This document shows, piece by piece, positions 38,754 to 48,337 of a stretch of DNA of 64,000 nt. Made by a program: the position numbers and the translations under genes. How positions within the stretch are numbered: position 1 is the stretch's first letter; every line of letters starts with the position of its first letter. Source of the stretch: a virus (Duplodnaviria; Caudoviricetes); IMG/VR virus record IMGVR_UViG_3300021255_000042, positions 1 to 64,000 of that record; one strand, 5' to 3'. Under the pieces are notes generated by a model. It saw only the letters and a program-made list of their open reading frames with translations. It was not told the origin of the DNA and searched no databases.

Positions 38754-39359
38754 ATGAAGAAATCCATTTTTGCTCTGGCACTCGTTGCCATGATAGGAGC
38801 CGCACTTTGTAGCTCCTGCAAATGCGTTGGGCCGAAGCCCGAAGCAAGTCTCGAAATCGTTCCGATGGTAGAACTTTCCTTAGAGAACACCGTAGCCGCC
38901 GACCGCGAATATATGTTCGTCCACTATGGCAGCAGCTACCGGTGGTACGAATCCTGCATCATCCTGGACGAATACATGGACGCTGAGGAATGCACCGGCA
39001 GTATCGCAGGAATTTCCAACGTCTTCCAGTCCATTGAAGGCGAGGCACCTTCCTTCGATACTCACGTCATTCTGTTCTCCTACACCCGTGAAGCACATAA
39101 TATGGAAGTTAAGCACGCCTTCTGGGTTGAGGATTGTCCGTTGAATGAGGAAGTTATCAATATTAGCTACAAGGAAGCCTACGAGAAAATGATGGAGGCC
39201 AATTACCCTAAACCGCATTCGAAACACTGTGTGCTGCGGAAGGAGGTCGGCCCCTATGATTGCAACGCTCAGTATATTTTCGGTAACATCGAAGCTCAGA
39301 TTTACGTTGACGCTGTTACCGGCGCGGTAAGCGATCAAAGTCCGGCATTTAACAAGTAA
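38754..39359 (+). CDS. putative lipoprotein
   Basis: Signal peptide with lipobox-like CSSC; C-terminal IYVDAVTGAV. Confidence 0.65.
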   Translation: MKKSIFALALVAMIGAALCSSCKCVGPKPEASLEIVPMVELSLENTVAADREYMFVHYGSSYRWYESCIILDEYMDAEECTGSIAGISNVFQSIEGEAPSFDTHVILFSYTREAHNMEVKHAFWVEDCPLNEEVINISYKEAYEKMMEANYPKPHSKHCVLRKEVGPYDCNAQYIFGNIEAQIYVDAVTGAVSDQSPAFNK

Positions 39360-39365
39360 CGCCCA

Positions 39366-39647
39366 ATGAAAGAGTTCTTCAAAAAGATATTCGGCTGGCT
39401 CGGTGAAAGCAACCGCCTCAAACACCTAATCTGCGGTTTCATCATCGGTCTCAGCTGCGGCCTGGATGCCGGTCTCGTTGCCGGTTTTGCAGTCGAATAT
39501 AAGGACTGGGCATATCAGGGCTATTCCAAAGGCCTCAATCCCTTCCAGAAGGGAAGCGGCTGGGATTGGCTCGATGTGGCCGCAACCTCGCTCGGTGCCG
39601 TGCTTGGCTCACTCGTCAGGCTCCTGGTTATCGGGCGCATTCTGTAA
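39366..39647 (+). CDS. small membrane protein
   Basis: KHLICGF...WDWLDVAATSLG hydrophobic pattern. Confidence 0.65.
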   Translation: MKEFFKKIFGWLGESNRLKHLICGFIIGLSCGLDAGLVAGFAVEYKDWAYQGYSKGLNPFQKGSGWDWLDVAATSLGAVLGSLVRLLVIGRIL

Positions 39648-39738
39648 TGAGCTCCAAAGCTTCTGCCTCTCTTTATATTCTTGCCCATCTTCTCCCCGCC
39701 CCGCAGTAATGCGGGGCAATTTTTTGTATATTTGCCTT

Positions 39739-39999
39739 ATGAAAAAGTTCCTTCTCACCCTTTTCATCGTGTTATCGGCATCAACAATGGTGCTGATCTG
39801 CCTGATGAACTACCAATGTATCAGGCAAAAGAGTAATACCCTGGAATGCCTTCAGGAAGAGTTGGATAGCTTGAAATCCGTGAATGACAGCCTTACTGTA
39901 CGCGTGCGTGCGCTTGAACAAGAATGCGCCTCCAGTACGAAGGAATTGGAGGACGAGCTGGATGAGGTTGTGGGTTTTCTGAGCGGCCTTGGGTATTGA
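39739..39999 (+). CDS. TM-anchored coiled-coil protein
   Basis: ATG 39739 after TATATTTG. Confidence 0.6.
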   Translation: MKKFLLTLFIVLSASTMVLICLMNYQCIRQKSNTLECLQEELDSLKSVNDSLTVRVRALEQECASSTKELEDELDEVVGFLSGLGY

Positions 40000-40012
40000 T
40001 TTGAAACACATT

Positions 40013-40503
40013 TGTGTCGTTGGAATTCGGCTTTTATGTGTCATCCAGCACCGTTAAGTCGAATTTATGGAAGCATAGTCTTTATGTGTCGTAAAAACAG
40101 AGTGTTATTTTTGTTTTGAATTTCGATTTTTCTATTATATCTTTGCTGACGATAAACTGAGAATTGCGATTGCACTTTCGTGTTCGAAGTGTATTCTTTG
40201 ACATAAAATTATGCACTTAACTTGGTGATTATCAAGTAGTTATAGATTTGCTGAGAGCTCCCTTCCCAGCACCACTTTTTTGACTACTTCGTGCCACTTC
40301 GGTGGCACTTTTCGTTAAGTTAAATCTGAATTTTTATGACGATGTAATACGCTGAAAATGAGTTCGTTAATTGAGCCACCTAAACAAAAGGTTTGGCATT
40401 GAACCGTTAAGTCGAATCCTTGCAATCGAGCTCGAAAAAATTTTGATGACACATAGTTTTTAGACACCACAATGTGTCGATGTGTCGGCGACAAAATGTG
40501 TCG
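40013..40503. other. candidate attP region
   Basis: Repeated ATGTGTC(G/A) motifs on both sides of a tRNA-3'-end-like core (40255-40274, ends in ACCA) with a terminator-like hairpin; adjacent to the integrase. Confidence 0.55.
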
Positions 40504-40556
40504 CAATCTGCAATTCGTTGGTTCATCATATTCGTTTATCTAATAAAGTACACGTT

Positions 40557-41852
40557 ATGGTGAGACTAAAATTCGTCATCCGGCAAGGATTTCTCGCTCT
40601 TAGAATCAGCGAAGGAACAGAAAGATTCTACAAATCCGCAATGCCCTATCTCCTGGGCAACATCAATCTCTCCAGGCAATGGGACGATAAAAAAGAACGG
40701 TTCATCCGCACGTCCCCTTACGCCAAAGAAAACAACGCCGCCCTCCAGGAATTCAAAGCGACCTTCTCGAAGCTTCTCCTGGAACACCCAGATTTCACTG
40801 CGCGGCAAATTTCCAACTACTACATCGAGCAAAAGGACAAGGCACGAAAGGAAGCGATCGCGGCTGAGAAGAAGCTTGATGTCAAAATCGTCACTCCCAC
40901 GGAATATTCCAACAACGTTGAGAAGTTCCTGGAGAAAATCATCCAGCGCGAGAAAGTAAAGACCGGATGCAATTTCGAGGTCTATGCAAAGGCCCTGTCG
41001 AAATTCCGCAAAATCATCCCGGACTTCAGCTCGCTCAAATTCACAGACCTTGACTACGACCGGATGATTGAGATCGCCGGTTACATCGCCCAGCATAAGG
41101 GTTACGCTGGAAGCGCAAAGGCTTTCCGTAATTTGCTGGGAAAGGCCAGCCGAGACCGTGACGTGAAGTTCCACCTCTACCAGATCGGTGATTTCCGCTT
41201 CCAGGACTACGACCCCGACAAGGACGAGCTTCACGATGAGAAACCGGACGTGCTCACCCCGAATCAGGTGCGCAACTTCCTTTCCCTGGACGTTGGCCGC
41301 ATCACGCCGACCTATCACGATCGCACCCAGGTCGAGTTGTACTACGACTTCTGTATCTTTATGCTCAACTCGTTCCTGGCTCCGTGCGATGTCATTAACC
41401 TCAAACGAAAGAATCTCTCTGGAAGAGGAACAATCATCACCAAGCGCAAGAAAACCCATCGTCAGATCGAACTCCCAGTAACGCCTGCAATGGAAGAAAT
41501 TATGGCGAAGTACGAAGGTCAATCCAAATGCGGCTACCTGTTCCCTATCATGGATGACAGCAAGATTAAGGAATACCGCACCAGGGACTACCAGTACAAG
41601 AAGTTCCGGGAATATCTGAATGTGTGGCTGAAGGAAATCGGCAAGGAACTTGGCCTGAGCTTCGACTTGTATGCCTACGTGTTCCGGCACACGGCCATAA
41701 GCCTTGCGATTGACGATGGGCTGCCAATTTCATACGTTGCGTCCGTGGCCGGTACAAGCACGGACATTATCGAGCAGCACTACTACAACGGCAACAATGA
41801 ACAGAACTCCCAGCGGCTCCTGTCGTCCTTCTCAAAGCTGTCTCCAAGATAA
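40557..41852 (+). CDS. int: tyrosine integrase/recombinase
   Basis: RKKT, YVFRHTAIS, ISYVASVAGTS and EQHYY motifs. Confidence 0.85.
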   Translation: MVRLKFVIRQGFLALRISEGTERFYKSAMPYLLGNINLSRQWDDKKERFIRTSPYAKENNAALQEFKATFSKLLLEHPDFTARQISNYYIEQKDKARKEAIAAEKKLDVKIVTPTEYSNNVEKFLEKIIQREKVKTGCNFEVYAKALSKFRKIIPDFSSLKFTDLDYDRMIEIAGYIAQHKGYAGSAKAFRNLLGKASRDRDVKFHLYQIGDFRFQDYDPDKDELHDEKPDVLTPNQVRNFLSLDVGRITPTYHDRTQVELYYDFCIFMLNSFLAPCDVINLKRKNLSGRGTIITKRKKTHRQIELPVTPAMEEIMAKYEGQSKCGYLFPIMDDSKIKEYRTRDYQYKKFREYLNVWLKEIGKELGLSFDLYAYVFRHTAISLAIDDGLPISYVASVAGTSTDIIEQHYYNGNNEQNSQRLLSSFSKLSPR

Positions 41853-41949
41853 TGCGAAACCCGGCCAGACGGTCGGGTTCCTCCTTTCTCGGATGGCCGA
41901 ATCTCACGACCAGGCCAGCACTGTAACACATCACATCAAAAAGTACAGA

Positions 41950-42975
41950 TTAAATCTGCCAGGGGTTCTTGTTCGGGTCATAGTCGCGTGCAAAGGTTGC
42001 AATCGCGTACTCTGCTACCGGCTTGTTGTCATCATCATCGATCCTGCGAGGTATTTTCGGGTTGATCTTCAACCTGGAAGCGTCACGGAGCCAAGTGATT
42101 GATGTCTCGTAGTCGGTAATGCGGGCCGAACTTATGTTGTTTGGCGAAATGAGCTTGTGGAGCTCGTAGATCGCCAGTCTGAGCAGATGTTTCTTGACGT
42201 TGGCATTCCTGGGGTCGTCCAGCTTGATGTTCACGCCTTCCTCAATGGTATCGGCGTTGACGTTCATAACCGGGTAGAACAGCCGGTCTTCCACAACTAC
42301 ATACTCGTGGTCGGAAACCTCGTACTGGTAATCCGGCGTGTAGTTTCCGATAAGTCCCCAATTGTCAGATTCTGCCGGGTTGACGGTAAGGTCGATGTCA
42401 TCGAGCTTTATGAGGGCGTAGAACTTGCCTTCGTGTTTAACCGGTGCCCACAGGTCATACTCCACGTTGGCCTCCCAGCTGGGAACGTTCTCAACCTCCA
42501 CCCAGGCATCGATACCAGGAATGCGGATGTTTCCGTAGGAAAAGCCGTTGTAAGCTTTGCAGAGGAAGAAATTGTCGCCGTATTTTGTGATGTCTCCGGG
42601 TGCCCAGTCAAGAATCTGGGAATAGGGCCTTGCCTCTTCCTCTTCTACGATACGGTCTTCAATTAGCTCCCAGTACACTATCAGTGCAGGAGTTTTGTAG
42701 CCGTTGATGGGTTTGAGGGCCATATAGACCTTCCCATTTTCGATGAAGTGGGAACCTGGAGGGTAAGTGATGCCTTTGTTGTGCTCCATCAGGTTCTTGC
42801 CGACCGCCAACACCTCCTCGATCTTGTAGTTGTCGATAAGGTATTCGATGATGGATTCCTCAGCGGCTTCCTCGGCCTGGGCAAGACGGTCTTCGTTGCC
42901 ACGGGTAAGCTGAGACATGGCCTCTTCCGTGACAATGCTCAGGTAATCGCTGTTAAGTAAAAATCTCTTATACAT
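41950..42975 (-). CDS. DUF1320/Mu gp36-like head-tail protein with inserted aromatic repeats
   Basis: AEEAAEESIIEYL at the N-terminus and LAIYELH..DYETSITWL at the C-terminus; W..Y..V..G..Y repeats between them. Confidence 0.55.
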   Translation of the reverse strand: MYKRFLLNSDYLSIVTEEAMSQLTRGNEDRLAQAEEAAEESIIEYLIDNYKIEEVLAVGKNLMEHNKGITYPPGSHFIENGKVYMALKPINGYKTPALIVYWELIEDRIVEEEEARPYSQILDWAPGDITKYGDNFFLCKAYNGFSYGNIRIPGIDAWVEVENVPSWEANVEYDLWAPVKHEGKFYALIKLDDIDLTVNPAESDNWGLIGNYTPDYQYEVSDHEYVVVEDRLFYPVMNVNADTIEEGVNIKLDDPRNANVKKHLLRLAIYELHKLISPNNISSARITDYETSITWLRDASRLKINPKIPRRIDDDDNKPVAEYAIATFARDYDPNKNPWQI

Positions 42976-42980
42976 TGTCG

Positions 42981-44561
42981 TTAATATTCAAAGCCGGTGT
43001 AAATCGGCGCAGCTGTCGTTTGTATGCCGGTTCCACCCTTCCTGTTGAACTTCTGCCACACGTCTGGAAGGAACAGAACCAGGGCGTAGTCAAGGCAGTC
43101 TGATAGGTGTCCGTATTTCTCGTATTTCACGCCGCTCTTGGAATCCACCACTTTCTTCTTGCACTTCGTTCCATCCGAGTTCTTCGTCTGGTAAACGAGG
43201 TCTTCCGTGAGCTTGCGGCACTTCATATCTATCTCTATCTTCCAGCCATCGTAACCATTGAAAAGAGCGTTCACGAAATCCAAGCGGGCCGTCTGGGAAG
43301 GTTGCTTTGAAAGCAGCTTCTTCCGGGCGTTCAGGATCGGACTGCTCATATTGCCGAGGATAATCGTGTAGTTGTTCACGCCCTCTTCGGTCTGCGTAGA
43401 ACGGGCCAATCCTGATGGGTCTCCAGTAACTAATAGCCCGCCGAGATGACCTTCGTTTAAGTATTTGGCCTCCAGCTTCCTTGCGAGCTTCGGAGTATTG
43501 TTCTCCTTGTTCTCTGGTTTACCGAGGATTTCTTCAATCACATAGACCGCCTTATTCTCAAAATCAATCTGAAGGGCTATGGTGCTCATAAATGGCATCA
43601 CGTTAAAGTCCCAGCTGATGATGAGCGGCTTGGTCGGATCATACTTGGAATCCTTCAGGCCGGTCGTCAAATGCTTGCTACCGTCAAAATTCCAGTAGGC
43701 GGCGGCTTCGTTTGTATCAACCCAGTTCCAGTTACCGTATTTCAGTCGTTCTTTGGTGGCCTTGTCCTTGATGTTATCCAAGGCGACAAGGTATGCTCTA
43801 CGGAATGCGGCATCGGGGTTGTCGAACACAGAGAACGGGATATACCGGTCGTGCTTCTGGAGAACTACATCGTTGCCGTCCTCGTCCATCACGAACCGGT
43901 CACGCACCCAACCAAGGCACGGGTTCGTTGACATCAGGAGCTTGGGAACGACCGTGGTGCTTTCGACTTTCCAACGGAGACGGGAACCGAGAACGTCAAT
44001 GGCCTTCTGGGAAATCTGACCGACCTCATCGACAAATGCGCCGGAGTATTCGGACGAACCGAGACGCTGGAACTCAGGGTCGATCAGGGTGTCGGCCAAC
44101 TCCTTCATAATGATTTTCGAGTTGTTCCAGAAAATCATCTCGCCGTGGAGGTTGTCAATGCGGTAGTTTTCCTCTTCTTCCAGGCCCCAATCGCGCACAA
44201 TGGAGCAGATGGTATTCCAGGTCGATTCACGGAGCGATTTGAGTGTTAGACGGGCCACTACCATACGCATATCCTCCCAACGCAGGCAACTCGATATGAG
44301 CCAGCAAGAGCCAAGGTAGCTCTTTCCACCTCCAGCCGCCCCTCCTTCAAGGATAACCTGGGGAATGTCTTCGTTTCCGCAGTTTGCGCAGACGGCCTTG
44401 TAAAGCGGCTGGCCGTTACGGTCGATTCCGCATTCTACCTGGGTAACTCTACCCCCGCACAACGGGCACTCCGGCTGCAAGCACTTCCAGACCTCATACT
44501 GTCGCTCGGACGGTTTGAAGTCTATGTGCAGGTTGCGCGGTGCTTTCAGTCTTTTTCCCAT
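42981..44561 (-). CDS. terL: terminase large subunit
   Basis: GGAAGGGKS Walker A, FVDE Walker B, STNP coupling motif; nuclease WDFN...HLSDCLDY. Confidence 0.9.
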   Translation of the reverse strand: MGKRLKAPRNLHIDFKPSERQYEVWKCLQPECPLCGGRVTQVECGIDRNGQPLYKAVCANCGNEDIPQVILEGGAAGGGKSYLGSCWLISSCLRWEDMRMVVARLTLKSLRESTWNTICSIVRDWGLEEEENYRIDNLHGEMIFWNNSKIIMKELADTLIDPEFQRLGSSEYSGAFVDEVGQISQKAIDVLGSRLRWKVESTTVVPKLLMSTNPCLGWVRDRFVMDEDGNDVVLQKHDRYIPFSVFDNPDAAFRRAYLVALDNIKDKATKERLKYGNWNWVDTNEAAAYWNFDGSKHLTTGLKDSKYDPTKPLIISWDFNVMPFMSTIALQIDFENKAVYVIEEILGKPENKENNTPKLARKLEAKYLNEGHLGGLLVTGDPSGLARSTQTEEGVNNYTIILGNMSSPILNARKKLLSKQPSQTARLDFVNALFNGYDGWKIEIDMKCRKLTEDLVYQTKNSDGTKCKKKVVDSKSGVKYEKYGHLSDCLDYALVLFLPDVWQKFNRKGGTGIQTTAAPIYTGFEY

Positions 44562-44623
44562 TCTTTAATAATTGAGCCAGGTGGTTTGCCTGGCTCCTTG
44601 AACAATGAAATATAATCAGAGTG

Positions 44624-44962
44624 CTACTGTTTCTTTTCTCCGATGGCCTCGTTGTAGATTTTCTCTACAAACACCCAGAAGTCGTCCGGGTAGGCCGAGG
44701 ATGAGAGAGCTTCGCAGCCTTTCTTCAGATAAGCGATTTCCTGCTCGGTGAAGGTGATTTCGAGGGGGTTCTTCTGGTCTTTCTCAGCGTCCCAAGTAAT
44801 GCGACCGTTTTCACGATCTTCCTGGATGCCGAATTCTTCACGGTCTTTCTCCTTCAGGCCGACCTTTTCAAGCAGGGCCTTTTTGAGATTGAAGTCCATA
44901 AAGTTGTTCTCTTTGGGGAGAATCTGGGGGAAATAAATCCTGTCTTTGATGTGCAGTTTCAT
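44624..44962 (-). CDS. hypothetical protein
   Basis: ORF. Confidence 0.7.
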   Translation of the reverse strand: MKLHIKDRIYFPQILPKENNFMDFNLKKALLEKVGLKEKDREEFGIQEDRENGRITWDAEKDQKNPLEITFTEQEIAYLKKGCEALSSSAYPDDFWVFVEKIYNEAIGEKKQ

Positions 44963-45019
44963 AATGCGTTACTGTTTATGTTACATTAAAGAATAGGCCG
45001 GAGACCGGCCCATTGGTTG

Positions 45020-45565
45020 CTATTTTTTGAAGATTTTTCGAAGCGGAACGCCAATTGTCACGCCCACGCCAACGTAAGGGGCATAATTGTTCTGGCCCAT
45101 CCAGCCCATTCCAGCCTGAATTCCGATCGTCACATCAATCCAGGGAGACTTCTCGGTCTTGGTGTTTACGGTAGTGGGCGCAAACACATTGATACTATCC
45201 AGCTTCGGCTTGTAACCACTTACCCATGCTTCGTATTCCGTCTCCTTGTAATACTTCTGGGTGATTGGAATAACAACCTGAACGGAATCAGGCTTTGCGG
45301 TTGACGTGGAATCAACGACTGGAAGCGTGGCCGTGGTGTCCTTTTCAGGCTTTACCGGGTCGGCTGACGGTGCAACCGGAAGCGTCTCCGTGACATAACG
45401 TATAACGACACTATCTCTTGGTATCGGCTTATAGTATGGAATAGTGTCGATATACGTTTCTGACGATATGGAATCGAGCGACCTCTTGTAATGAAAGTTG
45501 AATCCGATCGAAACAAGGAGGCCAACGAGGACGAGGCTGAACAATATTTTTTCAAACGTGTGCAT
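45020..45565 (-). CDS. lysis-associated membrane protein (possible spanin)
   Basis: N-terminal TM and C-terminal beta-rich YVGVGVTIG; follows the amidase. Confidence 0.55.
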   Translation of the reverse strand: MHTFEKILFSLVLVGLLVSIGFNFHYKRSLDSISSETYIDTIPYYKPIPRDSVVIRYVTETLPVAPSADPVKPEKDTTATLPVVDSTSTAKPDSVQVVIPITQKYYKETEYEAWVSGYKPKLDSINVFAPTTVNTKTEKSPWIDVTIGIQAGMGWMGQNNYAPYVGVGVTIGVPLRKIFKK

Positions 45566-45567
45566 GA

Positions 45568-46272
45568 CTATAAGGTTGCCACGTAATTCTTGATGGCTTC
45601 AACGTGGGTTCTTACGATTGCATCCTTGCCCTCTTCGGAAAGCAGGAATGCCACGTCAGAACGGTTGTCCTGGAAGAAGTTCTCAGAGAGACACGCAGCA
45701 CAATTAGTGTTACGAAGCACATAGAAGTTTGCCTCCATATCGGCATCGCCATCGGAATAGTCGGTACGGTACGGCTTCTGGTATTTGTCGTAGATGCCCT
45801 TTTTCTTCCCTTGCTCCATAATCTTCTCGTATGCCTTGAAATTGAGCTTCGCGGCATCGTAAAGGAACGCGGAAAGAACGTCAGCACGCGTCTTACCTTC
45901 GCTGGTGTAGCAACACCAACCACCGGCACTCATCCAGTTTTTACCTGAACCGGCAGCGTTGACGTGAATTGACATATAGAGGCATTTCTTTGCACCAACC
46001 TTCTTACAGATTGCGTTTACGAAGTTGACACGATACGCCAGTTCGCGGTTCTGCTCGGCCTTGGAGGAAGCGGCCTTGATGTCGGTGTTTGGGATCAACG
46101 GCTCATAGTCCACGACTACGTTAAAACCGTCAGCTTCCAGATCGGCCTTGACTCTGGAAACTATCTCACGGGAATACACAGCTTCACGAAGGGTGCCGTC
46201 CGGCGAACGTTTGCCGGGCGTTGTCTGGAGATGTGCTGTGCCAAGGATAACTGTAAAGTCTGCTTTATTCAT
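45568..46272 (-). CDS. N-acetylmuramoyl-L-alanine amidase (endolysin, Amidase_3)
   Basis: ILGTAH, LRE, SIHVNAA and FYVLRNT..ACLSENFF motifs. Confidence 0.88.
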   Translation of the reverse strand: MNKADFTVILGTAHLQTTPGKRSPDGTLREAVYSREIVSRVKADLEADGFNVVVDYEPLIPNTDIKAASSKAEQNRELAYRVNFVNAICKKVGAKKCLYMSIHVNAAGSGKNWMSAGGWCCYTSEGKTRADVLSAFLYDAAKLNFKAYEKIMEQGKKKGIYDKYQKPYRTDYSDGDADMEANFYVLRNTNCAACLSENFFQDNRSDVAFLLSEEGKDAIVRTHVEAIKNYVATL

Positions 46273-46471
46273 AATCTATTGATACGATTGGTATAAACCA
46301 CTCTTTTTCATCAAGGAACGGTTCGCCTTCCAATTCAATCCAGGCACCGAAAATGCCCATCCAGTTCCTTCTGACTTCAACGATTTTGCCGCTTCTAAAA
46401 GCAAGCTCCATCAATTGCATTTCCGCAAGCTCCTCGGAGGGCAGGATAAGAATGGTATCTCCAATCTTCAT
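46265..46471 (-). CDS. hypothetical protein
   Basis: Coupled ORF. Confidence 0.6.
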   Translation of the reverse strand: MKIGDTILILPSEELAEMQLMELAFRSGKIVEVRRNWMGIFGAWIELEGEPFLDEKEWFIPIVSIDYE

Positions 46472-46758
46472 TACTCTTCTTCAGCTTTGCTTTCATTGAA
46501 AGGTTCGTCTGAGCCTGGATTCATGCGCATCCGATACCTATCAACAAGTTCTCTCGTTTTGTATTCGTATTTGAGGTCGAGCCCCCAGACTGCTCCTACG
46601 AATCCAAGGAACAAACCAAAGGCTGTTATGACGGACGGGTCAATAACGCCTCTGGGCGGGATGAACAGAGAAATAAATACAAGAGCGATTCCTGCAATAA
46701 GAACAACTCCGGCAAGAGCGAATTGAATGGCTTCTTTTGTGCCTTTACTCAGCTTCAT
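46471..46758 (-). CDS. putative holin (2 TM)
   Basis: Two TMs and a charged C-terminus, upstream of the endolysin. Confidence 0.6.
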   Translation of the reverse strand: MKLSKGTKEAIQFALAGVVLIAGIALVFISLFIPPRGVIDPSVITAFGLFLGFVGAVWGLDLKYEYKTRELVDRYRMRMNPGSDEPFNESKAEEE

Positions 46759-47245
46759 TAGGCGTATCGGTTTGAGATTTTTGTTCAGGAACGATGACAT
46801 TGAAGGTTATACCCGATTCACCACCGCCGTTGATCTCAAACTTATTGACCTGCGATTCTTTCACCGGGTACATCTCCATCAGGGCTTTACTTGCGCTAAC
46901 TGCTACGCTTCTCAATGCTGCTGGAGACAATGCTTTCCCACGGCGATCATAGTATATATCCCTGGAAGTCTCTTCAATGATGTGCTTAAGGTTAGCTGTG
47001 AGGAAACGCTTCATATTCTTCGCATCCTCAATTGACAGCTCTTCAAGCTCCTTGACGTACTCGGTAATACGAGGTTCCTGTAACAGAACCGCCGCCTTTT
47101 GGTTATTGAACATCTCGTCTTCCTTGCTTGTGTGGAAGACATCGGCGTAGCATTTAGCGGCATTGCCCGCGTAAGGGGCGCACCCATTCACGAACAACTC
47201 GCAAAAGATGCGCTCCTCCTTGGATATTTTGGATGCCACTGACAT
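46745..47245 (-). CDS. terS: putative terminase small subunit
   Basis: ERIFCELFV..NAAKCY..AVLLQEPRITEYVKEL resembles the TerS HTH. Confidence 0.65.
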   Translation of the reverse strand: MSVASKISKEERIFCELFVNGCAPYAGNAAKCYADVFHTSKEDEMFNNQKAAVLLQEPRITEYVKELEELSIEDAKNMKRFLTANLKHIIEETSRDIYYDRRGKALSPAALRSVAVSASKALMEMYPVKESQVNKFEINGGGESGITFNVIVPEQKSQTDTPNEAE

Positions 47246-47282
47246 TGCTATATCTTTTCTTTTACTAAATAATAGCCGTTAC

Positions 47283-47546
47283 CTATTCTTTTTGTTCATT
47301 CTTGGCACCGAGCAACTGGCTCATAATAATCTTACGCCAAATCTCCCCCATACCCTCTATCGCGGCCTCAACATCTTCGATCGTTTTGATGAAGTCCATG
47401 TTGAAATTTATCTGGAGATCATAGCCGCTAATCTCCACCAGATTCTGACCTATATCCGGGTTGGAAACCACGAACACATCCCTGTCAGACACGGATTTGA
47501 AGACCACCTTTGGTTCTTCCTGCATTTCAGGTAATTTGCTTTCCAT
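47283..47546 (-). CDS. hypothetical protein
   Basis: ATG 47546. Confidence 0.6.
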   Translation of the reverse strand: MESKLPEMQEEPKVVFKSVSDRDVFVVSNPDIGQNLVEISGYDLQINFNMDFIKTIEDVEAAIEGMGEIWRKIIMSQLLGAKNEQKE

Positions 47547-47550
47547 TGTA

Positions 47551-48333
47551 TCAGATTTTGAAGTGTTTACGTGTCTTTTCGGTCTTGCTGACGGCAAGGG
47601 CTTCACCGCCTTCTCCAGAAGCATTCCTCATACGCTGGGTGAGAACGGCAACTACGTTCGTGGTGGCCGATACGTCCGCGTCCGCATCGTGGGCATCGTC
47701 CAGTTCAATTCCAAGCTTCTCGCAAATCAGCTCCAGCTTGTAGGAAACGATGTCGTCACGGTTACAGAGAGCGAGCTGTGCCAGAGGAATCGTGTCAACC
47801 AGGTCAGGATGCCAGTTGCCATAGAAGTCCTCGTGGCCGCGAACAACCTTTGAAAACTCCTTCATCAGACCGGCGTATTCCATCATCTGGCAAAGGAACC
47901 CCTCATCAAAAGGAATGTTCTGGCCGATGATGAACGGCTTGTTGCTCTTGCCGACCTTAGGGCAAACGTCCGTGATGAACTGGATGAGGTCTGCCGCTAC
48001 GGTTTCAAGAGGTTCACCTTTCTCTTCCAGGATTTCCATTGAAAGCCCGGAAACTTCGAAGGCCCTCTCGCCATAGCCCATCATTTCTTTCTCTTCCACC
48101 TCGTACTTGGTCTTAAGTACCTTCTTTTTCTTGCCGGTGGAAACTCCTTTGATTTCTTTCTTCTCGTAAGGCTTGATGTAGCGCACGAACGTTCCAATGC
48201 GTTCAAATGTATCAAGCCTGGTAGCGTGTACTGCAATCTGAGTGCAAGCATCTGTCTGGCAACTCAGGCCGCCGGTTTCAAAATCCAAAGTGAGTGCTAC
48301 GATTATCGGTTTTTCTTGTTTCGGTGCTGCCAT
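47551..48333 (-). CDS. DEDDh 3'-5' exonuclease (DnaQ/epsilon-like)
   Basis: LDFETGG, GQNIPFD and AHDADADV motifs. Confidence 0.88.
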   Translation of the reverse strand: MAAPKQEKPIIVALTLDFETGGLSCQTDACTQIAVHATRLDTFERIGTFVRYIKPYEKKEIKGVSTGKKKKVLKTKYEVEEKEMMGYGERAFEVSGLSMEILEEKGEPLETVAADLIQFITDVCPKVGKSNKPFIIGQNIPFDEGFLCQMMEYAGLMKEFSKVVRGHEDFYGNWHPDLVDTIPLAQLALCNRDDIVSYKLELICEKLGIELDDAHDADADVSATTNVVAVLTQRMRNASGEGGEALAVSKTEKTRKHFKI

Positions 48334-48337
48334 AATG

